Origin: Anaerohalosphaeraceae bacterium
Lineage (GTDB): Bacteria; Planctomycetota; Phycisphaerae; Sedimentisphaerales; UBA12454
Length of the DNA stretch: 64,000 nucleotides
NCBI GenBank assembly: GCA_021108375.1
Contig: JAIORA010000042.1
Span: 73,046-137,045, forward strand
Reading direction: 5' to 3'
Shown here: piece after piece, positions 18,060-28,970 of the stretch
How the letters are laid out: each line of letters starts with the position of its first letter
How positions within the stretch are numbered: position 1 is the stretch's first letter
Position numbers and translations under genes: made by a program
Notes under the pieces: model-generated
What the model saw: only the letters and a program-made list of their open reading frames with translations
The model's database searches: none
What the model was told of the DNA's origin: nothing

Positions 18060-18836
18060 ATGTCATTAGGACAGATAATCAGGGACAGGCGACAGGAACT
18101 GCATATAACCCTCGACGAAGTCAGTATCAAAGTCGGGTTCTCTAAGCCCTACCTTTCAACCATCGAGACCAGCAAAGTCAAAAACCCGCCCAGCGACCTG
18201 CTGCTGCGAAAACTCGAACGGATTCTGAAATTTTCCGCTGGCACATTACGCCATATCGCAAATCTCGACCGAATGCCAGCCGACGTTCGCCAGCAATTTG
18301 AACAATATCAGGCAGAAAACCAAAAATGGCGCAGCCTTGTTAAAAACCTTATGACCAAGCCAGCGGCGGCGACAAAAATTAATGCGATGCTCTCAAAAAA
18401 TGACCTGGCAATCGAAGAAGACGTTAAGGAACTTGGTCCCGGCAAACTCATCCCAATAATAAATAAAGTTGCTGCCGGCTACCCTGTCGATTTCGATGAC
18501 CTTGAATACCCCGCAGGGTTCGCTGACGATTATGTTCGCTGCCCGGATGTTAATGACGCAAACGCGTTTGCTGTCAGGGTGATTGGCGATTCGATGGAAC
18601 CTGCCTTTCTCGAAGGCGACATCGTGATATTCTCGCCAGCGGCACAGGTCAGCAGCGGCGATGACTGCTTTATCAGATTTGCTGAGCCACACGAAACAAC
18701 CTTTAAACGTGTGTTCTTTGAAGATGATAACAAGGTTCGCCTTCAGCCGAGAAATGATAAATACGCACCGCAGATATTCGATGGTGTGAGAATAAACGGG
18801 ATGTACCGGGCAGTTATAAAATATGAAAGACTATAA
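18060..18836 (+). CDS. XRE-family HTH / S24 (LexA-like) peptidase repressor
   Basis: N-terminal HTH (IRDRRQELHITLDEVSIKVGFSKPYLSTIE). C-terminal S24 fold (AFAVRVIGDSMEPAFLEGDIVIFSP...TFKRV). GGAGG lies 6 nt upstream of the ATG at 18060. Confidence 0.85.
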   Translation: MSLGQIIRDRRQELHITLDEVSIKVGFSKPYLSTIETSKVKNPPSDLLLRKLERILKFSAGTLRHIANLDRMPADVRQQFEQYQAENQKWRSLVKNLMTKPAAATKINAMLSKNDLAIEEDVKELGPGKLIPIINKVAAGYPVDFDDLEYPAGFADDYVRCPDVNDANAFAVRVIGDSMEPAFLEGDIVIFSPAAQVSSGDDCFIRFAEPHETTFKRVFFEDDNKVRLQPRNDKYAPQIFDGVRINGMYRAVIKYERL

Positions 18837-19199
18837 AAGAAATTAGCCACAGATGGACACTGATAAACACAGATTTTTTAATTAGCCACGAAGGCACAAA
18901 GACACAAAAAAATTTAGACACAGATTTTAAAACAAGATACAGAAAAATGGATTCCCGCTTTCGCGGGAATGACAGAGTCAACAATTTCACCACAGAGAAC
19001 ACAGAGGTTCACAGAGAAAAAAACAAAAAAGATTGCCGCGCTGCGCTCGCAATGACAAGGTCGATAGGAATACAATAACCCATACGCAGGCGTGAACCCC
19101 CAGGCAGGCCTGGGGGCTAAACGGCGTTGCGAAAGATACAAACCATACGAAAAAGAAAACCCCCTGCAATGCAGGGGACTAAACATTGCGTATTTGGTA
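18837..19199. repeat. Intergenic hairpin-module block
   Basis: Reverse-orientation CACAGA/GTGGCTAA module. GGATTCCCGCTTTCGCGGGAATGACA. GATTGCCGCGCTGCGCTCGCAATGACA. CCCCCAGGCAGGCCTGGGGG. CCCCTGCAATGCAGGGG. Confidence 0.85.
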
Positions 19200-20363
19200 C
19201 TATTCTTTTTCCGCAGCGTTTCTTCTAACGAAAAAATCGCCGGGCAGCTGCTTAATGAGACCCTTCAATCTCAGGGATATTAGTGCTGAATTTGCCGAGC
19301 CTGCATTTAGCAATGTTCTATCAATTATTTCCTCAATGTGCGATGGCTCGGAATTGAGCGAATCTATTACAGCCTGTTCCGAACCGCTGAATTTGAAATC
19401 CTCGGTGTCGAACAGGCCTGCCTCTACCTTTTGCTGAGTCTTTGCGGCGGAATCAGCAACGTGGTCTTTAAGCCCATCGCCTACATAGCCCAGTGCATCA
19501 ATTACGTCCTCGACCGATTCAATGAGTTTTGCGCCGTCCCTTATAAGACTGTGCGGTCCTTTGCTGAGCGGTGAATCGATTTTGCCCGGCACGGCCATTA
19601 CTTCCCGATTATAATCGAGCGATGCCTTTGCAGTTATCAATGCGCCCGAACGCAAAAAAGCCTCAATCACAATCGTCCCCAGACTCAGTCCCGCAATAAT
19701 GCGATTGCGTGGCGGAAAGTTCTCCGCAAGCGGCTCATATTCCAGCGGCAATTCGCTAACACAAGCACCGGAGGCACAGATACGCTCGAAAAGTTTTTTG
19801 TTTTCGGGCGGAAAAATGTTCGCCAGCCCGCAACCCTGAACCGCGAGCGTCCGGCCGTTTGCCGCCAGTGCACCAAGGTGAGATGCGGTATCGATTCCGC
19901 GAGCCATTCCAGAGACAATCGTAAAGCCGGACCCGGCGAGCAAATGCGCAAGTCTGGAGGCCTGCTCTGAACCGTAATGACTGCACCTTCTTGAACCGAC
20001 GATAGCGCAGGCAAGGTTGTCGCTTTTTTCGATTGTCCCTTTCACATACAGAACTGCTGGCGGGTCGTATATCTGCTTTAAAACCGCGGGGTATCGGTCG
20101 TCATCGATGTTGAGAACGGTTACGCCGAGCTTATCTGCCAGCGATAACTCCTTGTCAGTGTCGAAGTTATCGCGAGTTGTCGCAATTTTTTCAGCGGTTT
20201 TTGCGCCAATTCCATCAATTTTTGTCATTTGGCTGACCGAAGCGGATAAAACGGCCTGAGCAGAGCCGAATTCGTCGATAAGATTGCCAAATCTGACAGA
20301 CCCTACGCCTTCTGCGCGAACAAGCTGGAGCCAACTGCGTATATCTGGTGAATGATCCTGCAA
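19200..20363 (-). CDS. dprA: DNA processing protein DprA
   Basis: DprA/Smf Rossmann core (AIVGSRRCSHYGSEQA...IVSGMARGIDTASH...VMAVPG) and a C-terminal winged-helix-like region. Confidence 0.9.
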   Translation of the reverse strand: MQDHSPDIRSWLQLVRAEGVGSVRFGNLIDEFGSAQAVLSASVSQMTKIDGIGAKTAEKIATTRDNFDTDKELSLADKLGVTVLNIDDDRYPAVLKQIYDPPAVLYVKGTIEKSDNLACAIVGSRRCSHYGSEQASRLAHLLAGSGFTIVSGMARGIDTASHLGALAANGRTLAVQGCGLANIFPPENKKLFERICASGACVSELPLEYEPLAENFPPRNRIIAGLSLGTIVIEAFLRSGALITAKASLDYNREVMAVPGKIDSPLSKGPHSLIRDGAKLIESVEDVIDALGYVGDGLKDHVADSAAKTQQKVEAGLFDTEDFKFSGSEQAVIDSLNSEPSHIEEIIDRTLLNAGSANSALISLRLKGLIKQLPGDFFVRRNAAEKE

Positions 20364-20675
20364 AATTACCCTCTAATTCCAACGGATTTTTCAAAAAAGC
20401 TGTAACACATTGTCCTGTTGAGCATCAAAACTATTGTCAAAATTTGATAATTGCTAGATTTTTGCGGAAAAACTCACAAATGTCAACAAAAAAAGGAGTC
20501 GGCTGCTCGTGATTAAATACATCTATTTTTTAAAAAAACACTGGTGATGTCTCTTTTTAACAGCTTTTGCGACAAAGAGTTAAATAAAGAAGTTTAAAGA
20601 GCTTTTAATGAGCAATATAAATAAAAAGTCTAATCTATTGACTTTAAATTGCTGGATTGGTATGTTAAGGGGCTT

Positions 20676-22091
20676 ATGGCAACTAAAGACAAGACAACTA
20701 AAAAGGTAACGAGGGCAAAGTCGAAGGTCAAGCCGGTAAAAAAAGCTAAGCAATTCAGGACTTTTAATCAGGGACTGAACTATCTTTTTAGCCGAACCGA
20801 TTACGAAAAACAGACTAAGCTTCGCTATAATGTAACCACTTTCAATCTTGAAAGAATGGAAAAGCTGCTTGCTGCGCTGGGCAATCCGCAGAAAAAAATT
20901 GTTTCGGCTCATATTGCCGGCACAAAGGGCAAGGGTTCTACCGCGACTATGCTTTCCAGGATGCTGGAAGCTAATGATTATAACGTTGGGCTGTACACCT
21001 CGCCTCACGTAACCGATTTGCACGAACGTATCGCGATAAACGGCAAAAATATAACCAATGCCGATTTGCTGGGACTGATTAACCGAATTTACAAGCCCGT
21101 CGAGAAGATGGCCAAGACGGATGCACCAACATTTTTTGAGATATTTACGGCAATGGCGTTTCTGCACTTCGCTGACAAAAAAGTAGATATCGCTGTGATA
21201 GAAACAGGTCTGGGCGGACGGCTCGACAGTACGAATGTTATTGAGCCTGCTGTGGTCGGTATTACGAGTATTAGTCTCGACCATCAGAACCTGTTAGGCA
21301 AAACCATTGACCGTATCGCTAAAGAAAAAGCCGGCATATTCAAAAAAGGTATCCCCGCTGTTACCGTTCAGCAGGACCCGATAGCAATGCGAGTACTTAA
21401 AGAACACGCAGCCAAGACCAGGAATACGCTGTGCGTTACAGGTAAAGATATTGATTTTTCCTGCAGATTTGAATCGTCGCGAGAGTATGGACCTCACAAC
21501 AAGGTTTGTGTAACGACTCCGACGAGCAAATTTGAACACCTCAGAGTGCCCCTGCCAGGCGAACATCAGGCCATCAACTGTGGTCTGGCAATCGCTATGC
21601 TGGACAAACTAAAGGCCAGCGGATACGAAATCGACGACGAGAAAGCAGCTAAAGGTCTGCAAAATGTTGCTATGCCCGGCAGAATGGAAATGATAAGCGA
21701 TGACCCGCGGATACTAATCGATACGGCTCATAACGCGGCGAGCATTAAGGCTCTGGTGCAGGCGATAGGCCAGCACGTTCCGTACGACTCGATGATTATG
21801 ATATTCGGATGCGGAAGCGATAAAGATGTTCAGGGTATGCTCGAACAACTTCAATATGGTGCTGACAAGGTGATTTTTACCCGAAGCAATTCGCCAAAGG
21901 CAGTACACCCGCAAGACCTTGCGGATATGTACACTGAAATCTGCGGCAAAATGTACCAGACGGCAATGAATGTGAGAGAGGCCGTCGCGATTGCCAGCAA
22001 TGCCCTGGCAAGGGAAGATTTGATTTGCATTACGGGCAGCTTCTATCTCATCGGACAAGCCAAAGCAACGTTCGGCAAAGCTCAGGCGTAA
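20676..22091 (+). CDS. folC: Folylpolyglutamate synthase / dihydrofolate synthase
   Basis: Mur-ligase P-loop HIAGTKGKGST. FolC-type motifs (ETGLGGRLDSTNV, PGRME). Trimmed to the ATG at 20676. Confidence 0.88.
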   Translation: MATKDKTTKKVTRAKSKVKPVKKAKQFRTFNQGLNYLFSRTDYEKQTKLRYNVTTFNLERMEKLLAALGNPQKKIVSAHIAGTKGKGSTATMLSRMLEANDYNVGLYTSPHVTDLHERIAINGKNITNADLLGLINRIYKPVEKMAKTDAPTFFEIFTAMAFLHFADKKVDIAVIETGLGGRLDSTNVIEPAVVGITSISLDHQNLLGKTIDRIAKEKAGIFKKGIPAVTVQQDPIAMRVLKEHAAKTRNTLCVTGKDIDFSCRFESSREYGPHNKVCVTTPTSKFEHLRVPLPGEHQAINCGLAIAMLDKLKASGYEIDDEKAAKGLQNVAMPGRMEMISDDPRILIDTAHNAASIKALVQAIGQHVPYDSMIMIFGCGSDKDVQGMLEQLQYGADKVIFTRSNSPKAVHPQDLADMYTEICGKMYQTAMNVREAVAIASNALAREDLICITGSFYLIGQAKATFGKAQA

Positions 22092-22105
22092 AAATTTGAA
22101 TAAAT

Positions 22106-22137
22106 AAAAAGCCGGGCATTTTAGTCCGGCTTTTTTT
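22106..22137. terminator. Bidirectional intrinsic terminator between folC and the DUF4139 gene
   Basis: AAAAA-GCCGG-GCATTTTAGT-CCGGC-TTTTTTT lies between two convergent stops. Confidence 0.7.
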
Positions 22138-22156
22138 ATGCGCTGTTTTTCATCGG

Positions 22157-23560
22157 TTACCAATTCTGGTTGGCTGAGTATTCAAGGGTTACAGTCGAAT
22201 CGGCTGCGAGCCTGACCTTGAAGCGGGCGGTATTAGCATCGTATTTTTCATACTCTAAGCTGCTCTGCTCGATGTCCCAATTCACCCACGAGCTGAATTT
22301 TTCGTCAACGAAAACCGTTACAGGCGTATCCTTGCGATTACGCAGCTCTATCTGATGCTTGTCCCATCGCATTCTGCGGGAGACTTTGCTGTCCAACGGC
22401 TTATACTCGACGGCAATATCAAACGCGTCGCCGATATAGAGCGATATTTTCTCTTTGCGAGGGGTGTGGTCTATCATATCTTCGCCAACAAATTCGAGCG
22501 AGTCATCGGCAGGATCGTTTTTGAAGACGCGAACCTTGCCCTTTGGAAGTGCGATGCCCAGGCCAAATTCCTTTTTGTTTTCAAACTCAATTTTTATCTG
22601 AACCTTGTCAGCCTTTTTAGTTCTCTCATAAATATAAACCTTTTTGGCAGGTACATTCATCGCCGGTGTTATAAATTCGAGCTGCTTGGTCTGGTTATTA
22701 TTGATAGTACTCTTTCGGCCAAGAGTGTAGAGATGGTATTCCATAAAGGATTTTTCTTCAAATGGTGCTGATTTGGCTTCCATACCCAAACCACGAACAA
22801 TCGACCTTTCATCAAACATCTGCCGCCGCGGTTTTACTCTGCGGACATCGCCTGCGATGAGTTTTATGGTTGCGTCTTTATAGGTCGCCCCGCTTTTGTT
22901 GTCGATTGTAACCCAGCCGGTAAGGTCGAGTGCGGTTTCTGAGGCGTTGAGTGTTGCTGAATAATCAGCACCCCAGCCAACTCGGCCGGTAGTATATGTA
23001 ATCTGACAAAGCTCGTTGCCCGCTGATTTCGCATTAGCGAGCCATACGAGTGTCGGTTTTGTTACAAGGCCTTCGCTAAGCTCATCGAGAGAAATACTTT
23101 CAATGCTGTTTCTTCTTATGATGTCAACCCCGCCGCCTGAGCGCTGGATTATCAAATCGCCGCCAACGGATGCGCTGAGAATGCCTTTAATTTTTCTGCC
23201 GCTGTCTGAGCCGCTGCCCTTGACTTCCACAGAGACGTATTTGTCGATATACTTTTTGAGCAGGCTTTCGGTATTAACTAAGTCGTATTCGTAATTCTGT
23301 TCGAGTATTGATATGGCATTAGATGGTGAAAGGCATTTGAAATTGACGCTGGCAGGCTCTATGGCAGAGGCGACATCGGTGAATTTGAGCGTGTTAATAC
23401 CGCTGGCAAAGGACATATATCTTCGTTCCTTGACAACAGCAAAATCTTCATTGTAAACCGTGATTGCCATTGACTGGTTTTGGGCTGACATATCATCGTC
23501 CAAGCCATAGACAGGACAAACGAAACAGGCACAACAGATAAGCAACATTGCGACTTTCAT
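22157..23560 (-). CDS. Secreted DUF4139-like (mucoidy-inhibitor MuiA-type) protein
   Basis: Signal peptide MKVAMLLICCACFVCPVYG. ...TVYNEDFAVVKERR... resembles the DUF4139 family N-terminus. The family call is from memory only. Confidence 0.45.
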   Translation of the reverse strand: MKVAMLLICCACFVCPVYGLDDDMSAQNQSMAITVYNEDFAVVKERRYMSFASGINTLKFTDVASAIEPASVNFKCLSPSNAISILEQNYEYDLVNTESLLKKYIDKYVSVEVKGSGSDSGRKIKGILSASVGGDLIIQRSGGGVDIIRRNSIESISLDELSEGLVTKPTLVWLANAKSAGNELCQITYTTGRVGWGADYSATLNASETALDLTGWVTIDNKSGATYKDATIKLIAGDVRRVKPRRQMFDERSIVRGLGMEAKSAPFEEKSFMEYHLYTLGRKSTINNNQTKQLEFITPAMNVPAKKVYIYERTKKADKVQIKIEFENKKEFGLGIALPKGKVRVFKNDPADDSLEFVGEDMIDHTPRKEKISLYIGDAFDIAVEYKPLDSKVSRRMRWDKHQIELRNRKDTPVTVFVDEKFSSWVNWDIEQSSLEYEKYDANTARFKVRLAADSTVTLEYSANQNW

Positions 23561-23682
23561 AATAGCTTTCTCCATTAAAAAAAGTATGTTTTCGTACACC
23601 TATACAGATGCATTTTCAACGATAGTGTTACACTGGTAAATAAAAAAATTTCGCCAATGCCCTGTTTTTAGTGATGTGAGAA

Positions 23683-24657
23683 TCAAAACTCCATACTGAC
23701 TAAAGAGTTAGCTATCGCTGCAAAGCTTTTCTTTGTCGAAAGATTTTTGACAGCCTCAAGATTTTCCAGTGCCTTTGCGGCGTAAAAAGCGATTTGAGAT
23801 TTCGTGTATTCAACGCTGTCGTTACTCCGCAAAAGCAAGGAGAGTTCATCGAGCGGCATATTGCCGTTATCCAGTTTTTTGATTAAATCAGCTCGCCCCT
23901 GCGAGGTAAGGCTCTTGAGAATATGAATCAGCGGAAGCGTAAGGTTCTTTTTGTAAATATCCCTGCCTGCGGTCTTGCCTGTCCGAGCCTCGCTGCCGAG
24001 TGAATCGGTGAGGTCGTCGGCAATCTGGAAAGCGAGGCCGAAATTGAGTCCGAAATCCGCAAGCCTTTCAACGTTGGTCTCGTCGCCGCCAGCAGTTAAT
24101 GCGCCAAGTCGGCAGCAATCAGCAAAGAAAACCGCTGTCTTTTTCTTTATAATCTCAATATAGCTATCCAGCCCAAGCGTAAAATCTCCACTACGGGCGT
24201 TCTGGGTCATCTCGCCGATACAAATCGTATCCGCCATATCGGCAAGGATTGTTATAATGTCATTTCGTGCCAGATCTGTACAAATTTTGAATGCCCGGCA
24301 GAGTAAAAAATCGCCCAGAAGGACGGCTGTCTCGCTACTCCATTTTATGTTCGCCGCCGGTGCGCCTCTTCTAATCTGAGCGTCATCAATAACATCATCG
24401 TGCAAAAGCGTTGCCGCGTGTATCATCTCAACGGCTGCGGCTGTTTCGATATGAACCTGCTTGACTTCGCCTAAGCCGGCGGCACTGAGCAGGAGCATAG
24501 AAGCACGGAGCATTTTGCCGGGCCTTTTCTTTACATAATCAAGAAAAGGTTTGAGCCGGGCATCATCAACTTCGAGCCGAGCTTTTATAACAGAGGCAAC
24601 TTCAACCAGTTGAGAAATAGTTGACTGCGACAGTAGAGGAAATTTATTATCAACCAT
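23683..24657 (-). CDS. Polyprenyl diphosphate synthase (trans-IPPS, IspB-like)
   Basis: First DDxxD box LLHDDVIDD. Second box FQIADDLTD. Confidence 0.88.
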   Translation of the reverse strand: MVDNKFPLLSQSTISQLVEVASVIKARLEVDDARLKPFLDYVKKRPGKMLRASMLLLSAAGLGEVKQVHIETAAAVEMIHAATLLHDDVIDDAQIRRGAPAANIKWSSETAVLLGDFLLCRAFKICTDLARNDIITILADMADTICIGEMTQNARSGDFTLGLDSYIEIIKKKTAVFFADCCRLGALTAGGDETNVERLADFGLNFGLAFQIADDLTDSLGSEARTGKTAGRDIYKKNLTLPLIHILKSLTSQGRADLIKKLDNGNMPLDELSLLLRSNDSVEYTKSQIAFYAAKALENLEAVKNLSTKKSFAAIANSLVSMEF

Positions 24658-24658
24658 T

Positions 24659-25525
24659 TTAATCTGTACGGCCGCGGGCGCAGTTAAAGAATTTTTCTCT
24701 GAGCATTTTCGTTATCGCTCCCGGCTTTCCATCGCCGATTTGCCGTCCGTCAATCTCGATAACACCGATAACCTCGGCGGCAGTGCCGGTAAGGAAAAAC
24801 TCATCGCTAACGTATAAATCAAATCTGGTAAGATTGTCTTCAACGACCTTAATACCATTTTCGGCGGCAATCCGCATTACAACGGCTCTTGTTATGCCAT
24901 CAAGAGAGCCTGCGTGAGTCGGGGGCGTGTAGAGAACGCCATTTTTAACTATGAAAACATTGTCCCCGCTTGCCTCGGCAACGTAGCCGGCGTGATTGTA
25001 CATAATTGCTTCGGGAACGCCGTTATCAATGGCCTCGATTTTAGCGAGGATGTTATTAAGATAGTTAAGGCTCTTTACCTGCGGCGGCAAAGAAAGCGGA
25101 TGGCAGCGCATTGTGCAGGCACTGATAACCTTCATACCCTTTTCGTAAAGCTCTTCCCTGTACATCCGAATGGTGTCAGCGATTATTATAATCTGCGGCT
25201 TTTTACAGGCAAAAGGATTGATTCCGAGCGTGCCGATTCCACGGGTTATAACAAGGCGAATATATCCATCGGTAATGCCGTTAGCTTTGACGGTTTCTTC
25301 AACAGCATCGAGCATTGCCGAAACTGATATTGGTATTTCGATGCGAATGACACGAGCCGATTCGTAAAGCCTTTTCAGATGGGCTGCCAACTCAAATATC
25401 CTGCCGCTGTAAATCCTTATGCCCTCAAATACACCATCGCCATACAAAAGGCCGTGGTCGTAAACGCTTATACAAGCCTGAGACTGGTCCACCAATTTAT
25501 CGTTAAGCCAAATTTTTAAAGCCAT
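24659..25525 (-). CDS. ilvE: Class IV aminotransferase (branched-chain amino-acid aminotransferase-like)
   Basis: DHGLLYGDGVFEGIR, ...YIRLVITRG..., ...GITR... fold-type IV PLP motifs. Distinguishing it from D-aminotransferase or ADC lyase needs a search. Confidence 0.75.
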   Translation of the reverse strand: MALKIWLNDKLVDQSQACISVYDHGLLYGDGVFEGIRIYSGRIFELAAHLKRLYESARVIRIEIPISVSAMLDAVEETVKANGITDGYIRLVITRGIGTLGINPFACKKPQIIIIADTIRMYREELYEKGMKVISACTMRCHPLSLPPQVKSLNYLNNILAKIEAIDNGVPEAIMYNHAGYVAEASGDNVFIVKNGVLYTPPTHAGSLDGITRAVVMRIAAENGIKVVEDNLTRFDLYVSDEFFLTGTAAEVIGVIEIDGRQIGDGKPGAITKMLREKFFNCARGRTD

Positions 25526-25560
25526 AAAAACTCCGCAAAATTTCTATATTCCTAATCAAA

Positions 25561-26262
25561 TCATTCCGCCGACACTCTGCCATCGACAAGCTCTATCGTT
25601 CTGTCGGCAATGGCAGCAATTTTCTCATCGTGAGTTACCATTACTATCGTCTGGCCTGCGCGATGCAACTCATTAAAGACCTTTAGGATACCATTTCCTG
25701 TCTCAGAGTCAAGGTTTCCTGTGGGTTCATCCGCTAAAAGTATGTCCGGGCCGTTGATAAGTGCCCTTGCGATGGCGGCTCTTTGTCGCTGGCCGCCGGA
25801 AAGCTGGTATGGCTTGTGGGCGGCTCTATCAGCCAGTGAAAGCCGCTCAAGCAGTTCTTTTGCCGCTTTACGCGCACCTTTGCGGACTTTTGCCCAGCCG
25901 AGAGTGCCGACCGAGACCATACGGGGCAGCAAAACATTTTCGAGCAGCGTTAATTCATCGAGCAAATGGTAAAATTGGAACACAAATCCGATATTTTTGT
26001 TGCGAAAGGCATTCAACCTGCCCCTGCCGAGACGAGAAAGGTCTGTGCCGTTGAAACTGACAGAACCTTTGTCGGGCTTGTCAAGAGCGCCCATTATGTG
26101 CAGAAGCGTACTCTTGCCGCTGCCGGAAGAGCCTACAATGGCGAGAAATTCGCCGCTGGCGACGCTCAAATCCAGCCCTTTTAGAACCTCAAGCCTGGCA
26201 GCACCCATCTGGTAGGTTTTGCAAATTCCGCTGCAATTCATTATACAATTATTTTTGTTCAT
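25561..26262 (-). CDS. lolD: ABC transporter ATP-binding protein (LolD/MacB-type)
   Basis: Walker [10 protein letters not shown], signature LSGGQRQR, Walker B LLADEPT. A 4-nt overlap with the upstream permease gene. Confidence 0.85.
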   Translation of the reverse strand: MNKNNCIMNCSGICKTYQMGAARLEVLKGLDLSVASGEFLAIVGSSGSGKSTLLHIMGALDKPDKGSVSFNGTDLSRLGRGRLNAFRNKNIGFVFQFYHLLDELTLLENVLLPRMVSVGTLGWAKVRKGARKAAKELLERLSLADRAAHKPYQLSGGQRQRAAIARALINGPDILLADEPTGNLDSETGNGILKVFNELHRAGQTIVMVTHDEKIAAIADRTIELVDGRVSAE

Positions 26263-27611
26263 AATTCGTTAACCCGTAAAATGTCCACACATTTTTTAAT
26301 AACGCCACGCAGCGTTGGTAAAAACGCACCGATAATGCAGGCACTTACCGCGCAAATGAAAACCACTGTCGGCAGAATTACGCCCGATGAATCTGGTATG
26401 TCGCCGATAGCGTAAACCGACCTGTCCCATAACTGCCACTGGAAATTGGCGAAGAGCCAGTCTTCAAGATTGTTTATTTTCCTCAGGAATAAAACGCCAA
26501 GGACAAGTCCTGCCGCTGAACCGGTAATACCTATCAGAGCGGCAAACCGCAGGAAAATACCCAGTATCGCAAATTCGCCCGCACCAATGCTCTTGAGGAT
26601 TCCGATGTCTTTGCTCTTGTGAGCGACAATCATATAGAAAACCACGAAGATTATGAAAATCGTGATAATGCCAACCATCGCAAAGAGCATCATCATCATA
26701 GTCTGCTCTTTCTCCATCGGCGCGATAGTCTCCCGACAATAACTTTTCCAGTCGGCAACAGTAACGGTATCAAAAAGCCAGCTTTGGGATTTATCAGAAT
26801 ACCTAAGCGTAAAATCAGCCCACATCCGGGCAACTTTCTCAGTGCAACGCTCAACATCGCTGCCAGGATTAAACTTTATGAAAATGGCAGTTGCCCTCTT
26901 AGACTCGGCGGCCATCCCGCATATTTCCTGCAACTGGCCAAGGGCAAGATAAATCATCCCACTGTCAATTTTTGCCAGGCCGGTTTCAGCGTTGTCGCTA
27001 TAATAGAAAATTTTGGAGTTGGCAGAAAGAGATGTTCCGCTCTTAATCAGAGCACCTCTGGCGGTCAGCGGAAAACACGTTACCGAATATACCCATCGCG
27101 GCAGAAGCGAACTCTGAATATATTGCCCATCACTTTCCCTGTTAACAAGTAAGTCTATACCAATTACACAACCCGGCAGAGTAGAATCATATTGCGGAGC
27201 AAAAGCCAACAACGGCGAATCTTTTCTGTAATGAAGAGCCGAGGCAAAGCCGGTAACCTTTATATGCTCAACTGCATCAATACCCATTACCGGCAGAGCG
27301 CCGCTTTTCGATGATGACTCTGATTTTACAAGCCCAAATGTTTTTATCACCGGACTGGCGGCATAGACAAAATCGGCCTGCCGCAGTTCATCGAGGAAAT
27401 CTTCATACCACCCAAAGCCGACAAGTGAATCGGTGCCGACTATGCAATCGCCAACGAAGGCGTGGTTCTTGTCAACAAAATCGGTAACAAGGCCGTTCAT
27501 CACGGTCATCACAACCACAACCGTAAAGACGCACAGCGTAACAGCGATGACGGCCAGATAGGTTATCTTTCGCTTGAGAAAAAAACGTAATGGCAAGAAT
27601 ACTTTATACAT
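26259..27611 (-). CDS. ABC transporter permease, FtsX/LolC/LolE family
   Basis: N-terminal TM, large periplasmic domain and the C-terminal FtsX 3-TM module (KDIGILKSIGA...). Confidence 0.8.
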   Translation of the reverse strand: MYKVFLPLRFFLKRKITYLAVIAVTLCVFTVVVVMTVMNGLVTDFVDKNHAFVGDCIVGTDSLVGFGWYEDFLDELRQADFVYAASPVIKTFGLVKSESSSKSGALPVMGIDAVEHIKVTGFASALHYRKDSPLLAFAPQYDSTLPGCVIGIDLLVNRESDGQYIQSSLLPRWVYSVTCFPLTARGALIKSGTSLSANSKIFYYSDNAETGLAKIDSGMIYLALGQLQEICGMAAESKRATAIFIKFNPGSDVERCTEKVARMWADFTLRYSDKSQSWLFDTVTVADWKSYCRETIAPMEKEQTMMMMLFAMVGIITIFIIFVVFYMIVAHKSKDIGILKSIGAGEFAILGIFLRFAALIGITGSAAGLVLGVLFLRKINNLEDWLFANFQWQLWDRSVYAIGDIPDSSGVILPTVVFICAVSACIIGAFLPTLRGVIKKCVDILRVNEL

Positions 27612-27612
27612 T

Positions 27613-28953
27613 CTATTCGTACCTCAGTATTTTCGCAGGGATTGTTCGGGCGGCAACTATTGCCGGGACGAGAGCTCCGAGAATCGAAGCTAAGGATGCA
27701 AAGACAAAAAATCTGCCCGCCCAGAGCCAGCTAAATTCGCTCGGTATCGAATCAAACATATAAACGCTGCTGTTCCACATCTTTAGCCCAAATGTTATCT
27801 GAATAAGATGCTCTATCGCGTTTACATTGTCTATCAAAAAAAAGCCCAGAATAATCCCGCCGGCAGCGCCGGTTATGCCAACAATAAAACCAAAAGTAAC
27901 AAAAATGCCCGAAATTGTCGCCGGCGATGCGCCGAGCGATTTTATTATTGCCAAGTCCTTCAATTTACTTATCACTATCATATAGAATATGCAGAAAATC
28001 AGCACGATAACGCCGATGCTGACAACTCCGAATATCAGCAGCAGCATACCCATCTGCTTGCCAAGCTCGGCGATGTACTGGCTCTGCTTTTGGACGGCTG
28101 TTATAACGTCCGTCTGGGCTATGTAAAATTGCGGCCAGTTAAGCTCGTCGTTCGCAAAATCCGACCATATTCGCTGAGCCTTGGCGATTGTCTCGGCTGG
28201 AGTCGCATCGGCAGCGCATTTAATATGTATAACGTCTGCCGGAGCAAGAGGAATATCGCCGGAATATATCATCTCTGCCAGCAACTTAGTCGGCATAAAA
28301 ACAAATTTCTGGTCAATGTCGTAAACACCAGTAAAAATCACATCCGAAACCACGAACTTTTTTGAAAGAGATTTTGCCGTTGCCAGCGGCGACGAATCGT
28401 CTTTGGCTGTAAAAGTGCCAGTGGTAACAACAACGGATTTGCCTAAAAAATCTTTAGCGGCGAGCAGGTCGTATTCATCACCGGCAGAATCGACAGCGGT
28501 AACCAGACCTACCCCTAAAAAGCAACTGTCGGCAGAATTTTTATATCCAAAATCTGGTGCCTCTCTCAAATCGCCCTGACGTAAAAGACTTTTCTTTAGT
28601 CCCGTAACTTCGCTGCGCCAGGTCGGATTTATTCCCCATATACTCACAGCCCGAACATTGCCGGGACCAAGGTGCAAAAGACCGCTGGCTGTCAGGGCCG
28701 GGCTGGCGGCTACTATGTCAGGTGAGGCGATAAGTTTTTCGACCAGTTTATCGGAGTGCGTAAATCGCACGGGAGGTTCGATGACTATATCGCCAAGATA
28801 GTCGGAAGCACTGGTGCTGATGGCGTTTATAAAACCCGTAAAAAGACTTGCGACAGTAACCAGCAGAGCCGTCGAAAGAGCCACCGCGACTATGCTGAGA
28901 AAAACTATCTTTTTCTTTCTGAGGTACTTCAGACATAGAAAAAGTTTGAGCAT
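27613..28953 (-). CDS. ABC transporter permease, FtsX/LolC/LolE family
   Basis: Same architecture (KDLAIIKSLGAS...). A 1-nt gap to the downstream permease. Confidence 0.8.
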   Translation of the reverse strand: MLKLFLCLKYLRKKKIVFLSIVAVALSTALLVTVASLFTGFINAISTSASDYLGDIVIEPPVRFTHSDKLVEKLIASPDIVAASPALTASGLLHLGPGNVRAVSIWGINPTWRSEVTGLKKSLLRQGDLREAPDFGYKNSADSCFLGVGLVTAVDSAGDEYDLLAAKDFLGKSVVVTTGTFTAKDDSSPLATAKSLSKKFVVSDVIFTGVYDIDQKFVFMPTKLLAEMIYSGDIPLAPADVIHIKCAADATPAETIAKAQRIWSDFANDELNWPQFYIAQTDVITAVQKQSQYIAELGKQMGMLLLIFGVVSIGVIVLIFCIFYMIVISKLKDLAIIKSLGASPATISGIFVTFGFIVGITGAAGGIILGFFLIDNVNAIEHLIQITFGLKMWNSSVYMFDSIPSEFSWLWAGRFFVFASLASILGALVPAIVAARTIPAKILRYE

Positions 28954-28970
28954 CTGTCAGTATCCCTTAA